Assembly: GCA_965637545.1 (NCBI GenBank)
Contig: OZ281494.1
Location: forward strand, 2,418,001 to 2,482,000
Source of the DNA: Phallusia mammillata
Lineage: Eukaryota
DNA length: 64,000 bases
Direction of reading: 5' to 3'
Below, in pieces: positions 1-10,672 of this stretch (position 1 is the stretch's first letter; every line of letters begins with the position of its first letter). The notes below the pieces were generated by a model. The model saw nothing but the letters and a program-made list of their open reading frames with translations. It did no database searches and was not told the origin of the DNA. A program made the translations under genes and the position numbers.

Positions 1-368
1 GGAACTTGTTTAGTTCGCAAAGATAAACAATCGAAATGTAGATAAGTTGTCTTTTAAAACCAAAACAACAAAAGCTAAAATAAGCATGAAAAATTGAGCC
101 CCTTAAACAGTTCGATACAATATAAAGTGCTTTTGTGCTAGTTGGAAAGTCACGTACATAACCGACGTCGACCAGATGATGACCAAACTATACAATAATG
201 AGCCTATCTATCAGCAACAAGAAAACAACACAGTCTCGTGGACTTTACGGCTCAACTCACAAAACCTCTGAACCACTAGATGTCGTACAACTACCGCTCT
301 CGTGGCATTAACATGTTTACTTCTAAAATGGGGTCAAATTTCAAAATGCACGTCCTGTTGCCTTATTA

Positions 369-678
369 CAGAGGTGGCCAAACTTTTTTACCAGAGGGCC
401 AAATTTGCAACTGTCTTGCCACTGGAGGGCCGGATTAAATGAGATTTACGTAAAATTTGTCGTAACTGGTTGCCATCTTTATTAAAATATATATTATTGA
501 AGTAGAATAACAATAAATAACACCATCTTGTTTACACTTGTATTTAATAAAAGGTTTATATATGTTCACAGTGGTAAATATGGTGCTTGGAAAAAAACCA
601 GGCAAGGTGTTTGGCGGGCCGGATGAAACAGGACTGGGGGCCGGATGCGGCCCGCGGACCGTAGTTTGGCCACCACTA
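369..678. mobile_element. hAT-type MITE
   Basis: TIRs CAGAGGTGGCCAAAC / GTTTGGCCACCACTA; perfect 8-bp TSD CCTTATTA (361-368, 679-686). Confidence 0.88.
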
Positions 679-974
679 CCTTATTACAACACAGTAAAAG
701 AAACGAAGGAGTTGGTACTCGGAGGTGTTCGAATGGTTTGAGGCAATTGGCCAATACACATACATAAATATTAATTCTTGGAATCGTGCTATTTCTTGCT
801 CATAAAAGGAAGAATTTAGCCACCTAAAAACATCTTCACTGTAAACAGTCCTTGGTATAAAAAATACGGAATGTCGGGCCTTTAAGAATTTCAGTCAACC
901 AGTTACATGCTTACTGCAAATATCAACCTTCAAAACACACATGGCCTGGACTCTGATAAACCAAACATTATTAC

Positions 975-3900
975 CTGGGTTTCTTTGCGACCTGATATTT
1001 CAGCAAATTTGCGATGGGCTTTGTAATATCTTTCGACGTCCTTTTCCTTAATTCGAATCGGACCAGCAAGATCGGGATTCCAATTGACTGCAACTACCTT
1101 GAAACAGACGTATTAAGTATTGTAAATCTCCGATGCAACTTTGTAACGGTGCCTTTGTTTGTTATTCAACTATAAATACATATTTGTTGTTTGGATGTTC
1201 TTCTAAGCCAGGGGTGGGCAACCTGCGGCCCGCATGCGGCCCTTCATTAAAGGTTGTGCGGCCCACAGAGACACTTGGATTTCAAAAGTACTGGCAAACG
1301 AGTCCAATTATCACATATTATTGAGCTGAATAATGCGCCTGATGCTAGTTTTCTGCGATCTGGCAAAATGTGGCTAGAATCAAATACGAATTATACTTGT
1401 AGTTAAGCATATTTGGTAAGAAGCACAGCAAAATCTCTTTGTGTTATGCACATGTGCGGCCCTCGATTCAATTTTGACATTTATAATTGGCCCTACAGTA
1501 ACAAAGGTTGCCCACCCCTGCTCTAAGCGTTCATGCACCAGCGTTCATATACACATCATATTACACCAGGCCTATTAATGGCGTAATACCGAATCGGCCA
1601 GTCACCAAGCTATCCTAAATACGACAAGGCACAGATTAAAAATGTATCCTGCAGTGGGATTTGGGTCAATGAAAGGCTCTTTGTAAACTTGATTTGGTGT
1701 ATGTTTAAAGGGTCCTCAGGGAGCTTGTGTGTATGCCCAGTCCTGTAAAAATCTATGCTGCACGTAAACTGGCATATGGCTACAGCATGCACAATTAGTG
1801 TTGTTTACAGTGGTCCTCAGTGTACTAAGTGAGCTTGTGTGCCTGCCCAGACACATGAAAATCTATGCTGCGCATAAACTGGTGTGTGGCCACTTCTTGC
1901 ACATCATATGTTGCCCACAGTGGTCACTCACGAGGCCTAGCTTAAGTATAGGCCCAGACATTTGAAAAACTGATGCGTGGTCACAGTGTGCACATTTAAC
2001 GTTTAAATACAGTGTGTACCCAAGTGTACCAAAGAAACTTATGTGCATGCATAACACACATTAAAATATATTTACATTAGGAGGATCAATAATTACAATT
2101 AATTAGTTAGATCAAGTACTGGTACTCACTTTGCCAAAGTAGTCCGTAACGATGTGACATTTCTGATGCTCCTGATGTGCCGGATGCTCAGTATTATAAT
2201 TGTAAGTATCCCATGAGCCAGGAACTTCCGTCAATGTTTCAAAATCTTCCGGTGATTCTTTGCGTAAGGTTTCAGCCACAAGGAAAAAATCAGTGAGTCT
2301 GCTCTTGCCCCCGCGGATTATTTCGTCAAATCTGAAATTTAAAAAAAAAAACTAGATTGGAAATACGTCTTAAGTTATTTTCTAAATGCAGTAGGAATCA
2401 AGTTTTATAATAAAAGAACACGTTTAGTACAAGCAAAGATGGAGCCGTGTCGTGGGTTTAAATCTTATGGCATGAGGCAACATGTCAAAAAAACAATTTC
2501 TAAGTTTTCTCTGTGCCAATCACTGTACTGTACATTAATTATACTGCACTTAATTTTTTTTAGGGATCTTTAGTGCATCGTTTAGGCAAAAACCGATAAT
2601 TTATTTGCAATATATTTTCTGCATGTTTTTAGTCAGTTTAGTCTGCAAATCTCTGGGTTGAGGGTTGGACGTGTTTGAGATAGAACTATTAGCCTTGTAT
2701 AATACTCTTTTTGTGTTGCTTTTTTGAACACAGCAAAATTTATTTGTTATGTATACGATAACTAACTAATTTAGCCTGGAAATAAGTGTTTCCTAACTTG
2801 TGACTTATATGCAGAGGTAATAATGTTGGTATAAATCAAGAATTACTTTAAGCAGTGCAGGAATACGACCCCAGGTGGTTGTTCGTATGAGCATTGATCC
2901 ATATGAAAGGGAAGAAGAACCTCATTATTGTTTCCGTGTTTTTTGCCGCTGAAGTTCACGTCAAATCGCTATAAGGAAAAATATGTTTACATTTATAAAA
3001 GTTACAAAGTTCACAATACGCAGTTTGAAGGATGGTACTAAATACCGCATGTGACCGCATGTTACCGGATGCTACCGCATGTTACCGCATGTTACCGCAT
3101 GTGACCGCATGTGACCGCATGTTATTCCGCTTAAAATACTGCATTGCATGTGAAATGCGGAAATACAAGCCCAACAAGGGTAAAATAAACCAGATTCTAG
3201 TGTTATTTTATTTATAAACCCTCACCCAACCCGAATAGCTCTAACCGTTAGCGCTTCCAAAAGTCCGCAAAATTATATTTTCGTAAAAGCATATTTAAGT
3301 CCTTTACAACTTCCTGTCGTGTGATAACATGCGGTCACATGTGGTCACATGTGGTCACATGCGGTAGCATCCGGTAACATGCGCTATCATGCGGTATTAA
3401 GTACCACCCCAGTTTGAGTATCATTTCCCGAAAGTATTTGCACAAAACGTAGCACCTACGATGTTTGTATCCGAGTTTGTATTTACAGTGGGCTACAAGA
3501 AGGTAAAATACACCGACTTGAAAGAACTTAGGTACTAGGCCTCAACGCTTCAGGAGTGATCTCAGTATGAATGTATTCATGTTAACAAAAGGTAACATAG
3601 TAAAAAAAGATTATAAGCTGCAGACAGTACCCACAGTTTCGACCTATGCAGCGGGTGACGAGTCACATACCGTGTTGGCTAGATTAGCCAAGTGTTGCTA
3701 TTAACGGATTTTGTGAGGCATGGCCTTTCAGCCTCACACTACCAACGAACTGGAGTGTTATTGGGTGGCTGCACTAGCCAATACGGCCTATGTCTTAACA
3801 CCAGCTGCACAGATGAGACCTTATAGGCCAAAACAGTGTGCAATATCTGTAGCTTATCGTTTACTGGCTTGATACTTTAAAAAAAGAGATGCCGCGTAGA

Positions 3901-6900
3901 TAAAAAACAAGGGACACACTTACTGTTCCGTAACACGTTTCCCTGATCGGACCAAGCATACGGAGAACCTAGAAATTAGCAAAATAAGGTTTAGTTTCGT
4001 AAATATGGCTCATATCTGAATTGAGCTACTTGTAACACCATGTTAAAAAGCAGTAATGGTTCATTAAGTCGATGAAAAAGTACAAAAAAGCTTTTTTATT
4101 GTTGCTTTTCTGACACCACAAAAAAGCTTTTTGACACAAGTTTCAACTGTCATGTGTTTTATGTTTCCTGTTGACTAAAATTTTATGTTTGGAAATTCGA
4201 GATTTTTTTAAGTATTTGTTGAACTATGAGTTCAAAGCTCTAATGTTACTTTTTACAGACCTCCAAAGATTTATTGTTTTCGCAAGGGACATTCTTGACC
4301 AAGCAAAATCCATGAAGAACCATCTTCTCGCAAAAGCTAAACACACACAATTATTAAGATTAACTTTTGGGAAAACATAATTTCGTGGATCCCTAGAAGT
4401 CCGTGAGAAGCCGTCAGGGCGAAAATACTCCAAAAAGTTTTTCTGTTTTCTGTGAAAATTATAGTTGCACGTTTTGGGTCGCATACGATTTATAAATTTC
4501 GGTTGATACAATCAAAAAAGGCGATAAATACTTAAAATATATGAAAAATTTTGATATGACGCAAAACGTAAGGCAAATCCTTAAGCACAAAACGTCCCTA
4601 CATTTAGAAGTGTTATTATGACAAGCTTTATTTTAAACAAACAGAAAATTTTAGCCTTATCTAAATTCAAAAGTTGATTTATCTTTTGCACAAACACTTG
4701 TTTCTCACTCAAAGACATTTCGGTCAGGATCGTCCAGCAAGTTTTGATACTCCACTTCCGGCAAAGTCATATCTCCCACAGAAACACCATTCTTACTGAT
4801 GACGTCACGCTTGTCGATGAGGTTATCAAGGCATGCGTCACAATAGCAATGTTGACGTAACCACTGGGCGCCATATTGGATCACGTGACCAGCAATAAGT
4901 TCCCCATTGATTTTAACGTTTATTGTTCCTCCTTTACGTAAAAACATGAGAAAAAAGTTTTAGACTTGAAACACAAACTAAGGTTTAAATCTTGTTTAAT
5001 AAAACTATACAAACATCGACTAATCATTGAAAAATAGAAGATTTATAACCAAAATGTCAAATCGTTTACAAATGTTGGCATGGATACTTTCACACGAAAT
5101 TATATCAGTTTAAGAAAAGAAGTTTCCTAACAGGTAACGGGTGGAGCCGTGAGTTAAGATGAACATAAATTCATAACTGGGATCAGCCCTGAAGTGTTCG
5201 TGCAGATTCGACTTTCGACGACCGCTCAGCCTGTGTAGGTGGTAGAGCGCGAGTCCCGGAAGACTCCTTCCGTGGGTTCGAATCCCACCGCAAGCTAGAT
5301 TTTTCAAGCCTTCGCCTTGTCATATGGTGGTGAATGCTTGGTGACCAGCTGATTCGGTATGACGCCTTTAATAGGCCTAAGGTACTATGATTAAGTTAAC
5401 CTATTTTGAGTTTGTTTTGCTGGCGAAAGAGATCGTATAACAGCATAATTGCACCACGATAAAAGTCAAAAACAGATGCACAACTTTGGGTAGTTGTAAA
5501 GCGCTAAATATCGTAAACGGCACAGTTAGTGGACAGATCAATAATACGATGCAGGTGCACTGTACTGCAATGCGTTTTGTGGAGGGGACTCAAACTAGAC
5601 ATTAGAGCAGGGTGCACAACCTTTCGCTACGACGGCCGCATCCCAGATCCTTATTTCAGCAACGGTCGCCAATATCCTGCTTGTTTTTGTTTTAAAAGTA
5701 CTGAAGTAAAGAAACAGATTTTTGTCATATCTAAATCATCTAAATGGCGCCTGACGAGCAGTCTTAAACTGTTTATGGCGTCATAACAAAAATTATGACG
5801 TTTGTGCTATCTGTTTTTAGCACACAAAAAGGGGTACAAAAAGTCTGACGCATATGGTTACTAGGCTGGTAATACTCTTTCCAGTCCCAACAGATCTGTT
5901 TAGAGCAGCTTAAAAATCAAAATATTTGGCAAAATATTTTGATTTTTGTCACGGCCGCCAGTACACTTCAATTTAATATATATGTTCGCGGCCGCCCAAA
6001 CTTGTCTCTACGATCCCTGCATTGGAGGTATGTAAACTATGCAAAACCACAAACTGTCTTTAATCTTTATTTCCAGTGCACTTTTGTTAAATGGTTCAGA
6101 CAATTTTCTTTGATATTAAAATACGATTTTGAAAGACAACTTTTAACAAACCACAGACGAACTTTAATTTAAATTTTAAAATGTAGGAAAGCAGCAAATT
6201 TTCCAAAGTTCAAACCGCTTGTTACTGCAGTCAACCTTCAGCAATATCAGTTTAACGCACGTTGTTGTTTCAGTCTTGTAACTCAATCCCTACAAAATGT
6301 TGTCTTCCACTGCAGCTCACTAATATGGCGTTTTTCTTGGACAAATACTGTTCTGGCAACGTAATTTACTTAGTAAGTTACGTTTTCAACCTCTGTAACA
6401 ATGTGAATCAGATGTATTAAATTTGATAAGATTGCAACGCCTTTTAAATCACAACATTATACCAGTTCGATACGAAGGGCCGCTCCTGAAAAGTGGACCA
6501 TAGTACATACCCGCTTTACGGTCATGCGATATAAAACACTATCAGTTGGCTTGAAATAAAAATTACCAAACGTATTTTAAGAGAAGTAAGCAAATACTAA
6601 AGCAAAATTAATTGTGGTGTTCGTTTAATTAAACCGCGTCAAAGTTTATTTTTCGGTCGGTACATTTGTAGGAGTTGCAAACACTGCAGTTTGGGAGTCA
6701 TTCAACCGTAACCGCCCCCTAAATCTGACGTCAGAACCTTGTCAATCGCAACAATACTATACAGCAGGTGTCAGCAACCCCTGGCATGCGTGCCAAGGTT
6801 GATAGTAGAGGTGATTTTTCATGATTCTGCAAACCATGTGCGTGTTTACATTGAAGTACTAATTTAAACTGTTACATTGCTCGTTTTCGGTATTTTATCA

Positions 6901-8400
6901 TTCAAAAGTCTCAAAATTCAGTTGCACCCACAAATATGTCTGCTTTCTGCTTATTGTTGATATTAGCTGGCACAAACCACTATTACCAGCAAAAATGTTG
7001 GCACGGGAAGTCATTACCGCATGGAAATAACATGGAAATTGACACGCGTCGATTGAAATGTAGTCGACCTCTGCTACAGAGCGTGACATTATTTTATGAA
7101 CAATACAGCCCAGGAAAAATGTTACTACATTTGCTCTTTTGCAAGTTAAAACTTAATTTAGAACTAAAGTAAACCACGGTTAATCCGGACCCCTTTGGAC
7201 CAAACAATTTGTGCGGATCAGGCGATAATCAAGACACAGACCAGAAAACCCGCATTCTATGGGCCTGGCGTAACATGATTTGTATACGAGTAAGTTATGT
7301 CTTATTTGTTGATGGTCTTCATAAACACTTCAGGGCTGATCGCAGATATAAATCTATGTTTATCTTAGGTACATTATATTCACGGTTTCGAATAATCTGA
7401 GCAAAAAATCTGAGTGTGTTCATCTTGGCTGGTATATAGTTAAATGCAAGTTAGTTGTAAAAATATGAAATAAGGAACGAAAACGGAAAAACGAAGTGGC
7501 TTAACAGGTCATCGTTTAATAATGTCAAATAAATATTCCCCAAATAAACCTTACCCTTTTCCTCCACATCAACTTTGGCGACTGTCAGAACATCTGGAAA
7601 TGCTGGGATATCAACAAGATAAGTTCCTTTTAGCTCGGGCTGGCATTTCTTGCAACGACAGTAAAATCTCAACCATTTCGTGTGAAACCTGAAAATGAAA
7701 GTCGGTTTTAGCACGATGTTATTGTGTACAAAACATTGACAACAGGCGACACAACTAGATTGTTTTGTTACTGTTTTAAAATTGCCACGCCTCATTGATG
7801 CAAGTGCCAGTTTTTAACACTCATTTTAGTAACAAAAAGAAACAGAAACGAAATGGTAACTTGAGCATGACGCGTTTACAAGCAAATCAAACTTCACATT
7901 TAGTGACCAAATCTGCTTCTATTGAAAGAATAATGAATGTTTTTACCATTACACATCATCGCTACATATGACTGGTTCGAACAGTGTAAAGAGTAGTTGT
8001 ATTAATTTAATGAAGAATATAATGGCCCAAATAGACTAAAAAAAGGACATGCTTTATTGTTCAAAAGTTTCGGCAAATGGTCATACCTTCATCAGTGATA
8101 TGAGGGCTACATCAGTTACACCCGTGTATATACACTGAAGTCCCAGAAAAGATCAATAATAAAGTGCAAAACATGCGTAAAATGGTATGATTTTTACATC
8201 CTAGCAGCTTGTAGGAAAGACCACAAAAAATGCAAGCAGTTATAATTGGCATATGTTAGTTTAGGTTAATTGTTTAGATTTTTCAACCATATATAATTGA
8301 CTTTGCATTATTCGTACCTGCTCTTATGTTGGTCGTTCCAAGTTACCTCCACCAATTTTTCACCAGCACTGGCACAAGCGGAAACAATCGAAAACTTCAT
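975..8400 (-). CDS. Gamma-butyrobetaine hydroxylase-like Fe(II)/2-oxoglutarate dioxygenase, paralogue A (3'-partial; last two exons lie left of the window)
   Basis: Exons 8318-8400, 7555-7688, 4709-4931, 4261-4336, 3924-3968, 2847-2968, 2130-2331, 975-1097, all GT-AG and in phase. Translation MKFSIVSACASAGEKLVEVTWNDQHKSRFHTKWLRFYCRCKKC...GFCLVKNVP...LGPIRETCYGT...LPFHMDQCSYEQPPGVVFLHCLK...GGKSRLTDFF follows the BBOX1/TMLHE layout (N-terminal WLRxxCxCxxC Zn motif, HxD, PPGxxxLHC, GGxS). Confidence 0.9.
1209..1520. mobile_element. hAT-type MITE
   Basis: TIRs CAGGGGTGGGCAACCT / AGGTTGCCCACCCCTG; TSD TTCTAAGC/CTCTAAGC; subterminal GCGGCCC motifs. Confidence 0.88.
1705..2045. repeat. Degenerate tandem repeat (about 120-bp units)
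   Basis: GGTCCTCAG...GAGCTTGTGTG...TGCCCAG...AAAATCTATGCTGC...TAAACTGG occurs at about 1711-1780 and 1812-1890, with a third decayed unit. Confidence 0.6.
3030..3409. mobile_element. Foldback/Mutator-like element with long TIRs built of 10-bp tandem units
   Basis: Arms 3030-3126 and 3326-3409 are inverted, made of GCATGT(T/G)ACC repeats; 9-bp flanks CAGTTTGAA / CAGTTTGAG. Confidence 0.8.
3613..3857. mobile_element. Palindromic repeat (family H2) with a hammerhead-like motif in its arms
   Basis: Inverted arms ATAAGCTGCAGA...TTGGCTAG / CTAGCCAA...TCTGTAGCTTAT; right arm 3806-3842 reads TGCA-CAGATGA-GACCT-tat-AGGCC-AAAA-CAGTG-TGCA. Relatives at 8862-8918, 17600-17690 and 54997-55285. Confidence 0.65.
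5228..5296 (+). mobile_element. tRNA-derived SINE head (tRNA-like pseudogene)
   Basis: A-box-like TGGTAGAGCG, B box GGTTCGAATCC within a GTGGG/CCCAC T-stem, mismatched acceptor stem, shortened D arm. The flanks recur inverted at about 1565-1607 and 7320-7367. Similar heads at about 22642-22701 (+) and 34075-34118 (-). Confidence 0.65.
5608..6019. mobile_element. hAT-type MITE
   Basis: Ends CAGGGTGCACAACC...GATCCCTG; TSD CATTAGAG/CATTGGAG; internal homology to 16018-16555. Confidence 0.7.
6765..7073. mobile_element. Degenerate hAT-type MITE
   Basis: Ends CAGGTGTCAGCAACC / GTAGTCGACCTCTG; GGCACG/CGTGCC subterminal motifs; TSD 6/8. Confidence 0.55.
8020..8100 (-). mobile_element. Penelope-like terminal-repeat fragment with degenerate hammerhead (family H1, copy a)
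   Basis: Minus strand 8098-8061: TCA-CTGATGA-A-GGTA-tgaccatt-TGCC-GAAAC-TTT-TGA, followed by AATAAA; homologous to 11213-11295 and 28040-28152. Confidence 0.7.
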
Positions 8401-8861
8401 GACTGTGAAATCGCACTACAGAAATTTGCCACACTGAGCTGCGTCTAAACGTGACAGAGCATTTGTTGCAACCCTGCGTTCGTTGGAGGGTTTGCATTTC
8501 ACCCATTTGCTCACCTTCTTTGCAATTTTGCTACAACATGGCGAAGGTCGGCAAAGAATTGACGCTCAGCTACAGCATTCGTCAAATTGAACCGTCATCA
8601 CCTAAAAATCATTTAGGGTTCAAAACACGAGCAAACTAACAAGGTGGACTCGTGACAATTTTGAAACCAAAGCTAGTATAATTTAAAACATATGTTTATC
8701 AAAACTCGTTTACATATAACGTAATGTTTCTTTGCAATCTTGCTTTATTTAGAAAACACAAACCGTTTTATGACATTTATATGGTAATATCTAATGTTCA
8801 AACTCAAACACGGTGAAAACGACTGTGAAAACGTATTTGGACAATTTTGAAGCGTGGCAAT

Positions 8862-8918
8862 AAAGGTCTCATCAGTGCAGCTGTAATGATATTCGCCACT
8901 GTGGCTAGTATATAGCCA
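8862..8918 (-). repeat. Family H2 arm fragment
   Basis: Minus strand CAGCTGCA-CTGATGA-GACCT, truncated before GAAA; TGGCTAGTATATAGCCA flank as in other H2 copies. Confidence 0.55.
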
Positions 8919-9878
8919 GGTTACGGAACTCTTTTTTGTTGGACGTAAAGGGTCAAAAAAACATGCCATACCAGATGCGTTGGTTTGAGTTGTTGTCAAG
9001 GTTTACCAATTGTACATGTGCCTTTTACTACCGAACAAAAATTTTAGGGTATATGTTTGAATATTATAGATTGATAAGGTTAAACACAAAGAAGGAAACA
9101 AAACCATCAATTTGTTGTTTGCTTTAATTTTGGTTTTAAGCCTTGCACGAATTCTAATTAAAACAGCAAAATCAGTTTGTAAAGTAATCCACTGAAATTT
9201 CACAACCCCAGCAGCGGGCGGCGCAAATAGCATGACCCTTGACCCGGGGTGAGTTCTGATTCTGCAACGAGCTTAAGTCATGCGTAAAAAGTGTTAGTCA
9301 GCAACAGGTGCCACTAAAGCGTGACAAAGGACACAGCGCAACCACAATGTAGAATTTAGACGGTTTAACAAAAATGTCACTTGAAAAACAATGTTTCTGT
9401 AGATGCCTGAAGTTCCTTCTGTTTTCAGCGGCGCTTGTCAAAATATTTCAACGCATTCTCAAAAGTTATAATCGTATGCAATAATCTTAAATGAGAATAA
9501 AATTGCTGTTGAAGTAAAGCATGGTGATGTTGTCATTTAAACCAAACGCTTTACCGCTTTACCAATGGCAATTTGTTTTCAGTTAATGTCCTGTGTACCT
9601 AAAACAATGCGCTCAATTTTCTTTAGCTAGCAAGATTGAAAAATAGACACGGCACTTAAGCTCGGTAAATCAATTACACTTTAAGAAACATAATAAAATT
9701 TGATACGCATTAGTGCGCATGTTTACACATTTTAAAAAGTTTCAGATGGAAATTTTTATGTAGGCTATTATTTCTTTGTCGACGTGGCTTTTTGGGCAAG
9801 GAATGTGCAGTACCTTATATTTGTAACTGCACATTAAGAGAACATTTTATTTTGTAACTCATGAGGTACGTCACAAAG

Positions 9879-9969
9879 TTGTGTTGTTACGCCCAACAGC
9901 GGCACTCAACGGGTATATACTGAAAATATGTATACCCGTTGGGTGCCGCTATTGGGCGTAACAACACAA
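9879..9969. repeat. Near-perfect inverted repeat (about 40-bp arms) between the two dioxygenase genes
   Basis: TTGTGTTGTTACGCCCAACAGCGGCACTCAACGGGTATA ... TATACCCGTTGGGTGCCGCTATTGGGCGTAACAACACAA, two mismatches. Confidence 0.9.
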
Positions 9970-10672
9970 ACGTTACTACTTATATCACAAGTAGTAACTA
10001 CATTTGGCATCCGGTTATAACATCATAATGAAACAGTTCAAAGTCAACTTACTTTGTGTTCCACAGGTTTTGACGTGGTTTCAACAGAAACATAATTTTG
10101 GCAAAAAAGCATTTATTTTGTAAGTTCGACGTATTTGAAGTTGTACGCATTCCATATTGCCTGATAACATCTCAAAGTACATTTGTTAACCTTTCATAGT
10201 CAACGCCGCAGCTAAATGCTCTGTATTAAGTTCTGACTGAATTCCATCTCTCTGTCAGTTGCCTGTACAGTCATGTTAGAAACTAACTTTTGGATGTGCC
10301 AGTAAAACAACTGGCGTTTTTTCTGCATTTCCAACTCTGCACAACCAACCACGCCCCCAGGGAATTTTATTTTTGCGCAAGGACTTGCGATGTCACCAAC
10401 TGATTAGTTTACCATGCTGATTTCGTTTATTATGCTCACAGTAAAAAAGCTTTAATTAAGTTCAACTGTTCGATTAACAGTTTAGATTGCGCTTAACTTT
10501 CACAGAAAAACTCTAACTTTTAAAACATTCTTTACAGTTTTTTAAAAAAAACTGTTCCAAATTATATACTAACTTGCCTACAAAAGAGTCAGATTATGCA
10601 AATAATAAATCACAGCGAAGGTATATGGTGCATTTGGATAATGATTTAACATTCGACTTTTATTCCTCGTTC

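Noticed and set aside
3032-3217. ORF with TACDRML repeats, or a CRISPR-like array
   Set aside because: 10-bp tandem units of a foldback TIR with no unique spacers, in a eukaryotic context.
5228-5296. Functional tRNA gene
   Set aside because: Shortened D arm, irregular anticodon loop, mismatched acceptor stem and repeated flanks; treated as SINE-derived.
5729-5745. ATCTAAAT-C-ATCTAAAT, looking like the excision footprint of the 16162 MITE (same 8-mer TSD)
   Set aside because: Alignment by eye of 5608-6019 with 16018-16555 puts the insertion at a different internal position; a simple local duplication is equally likely.
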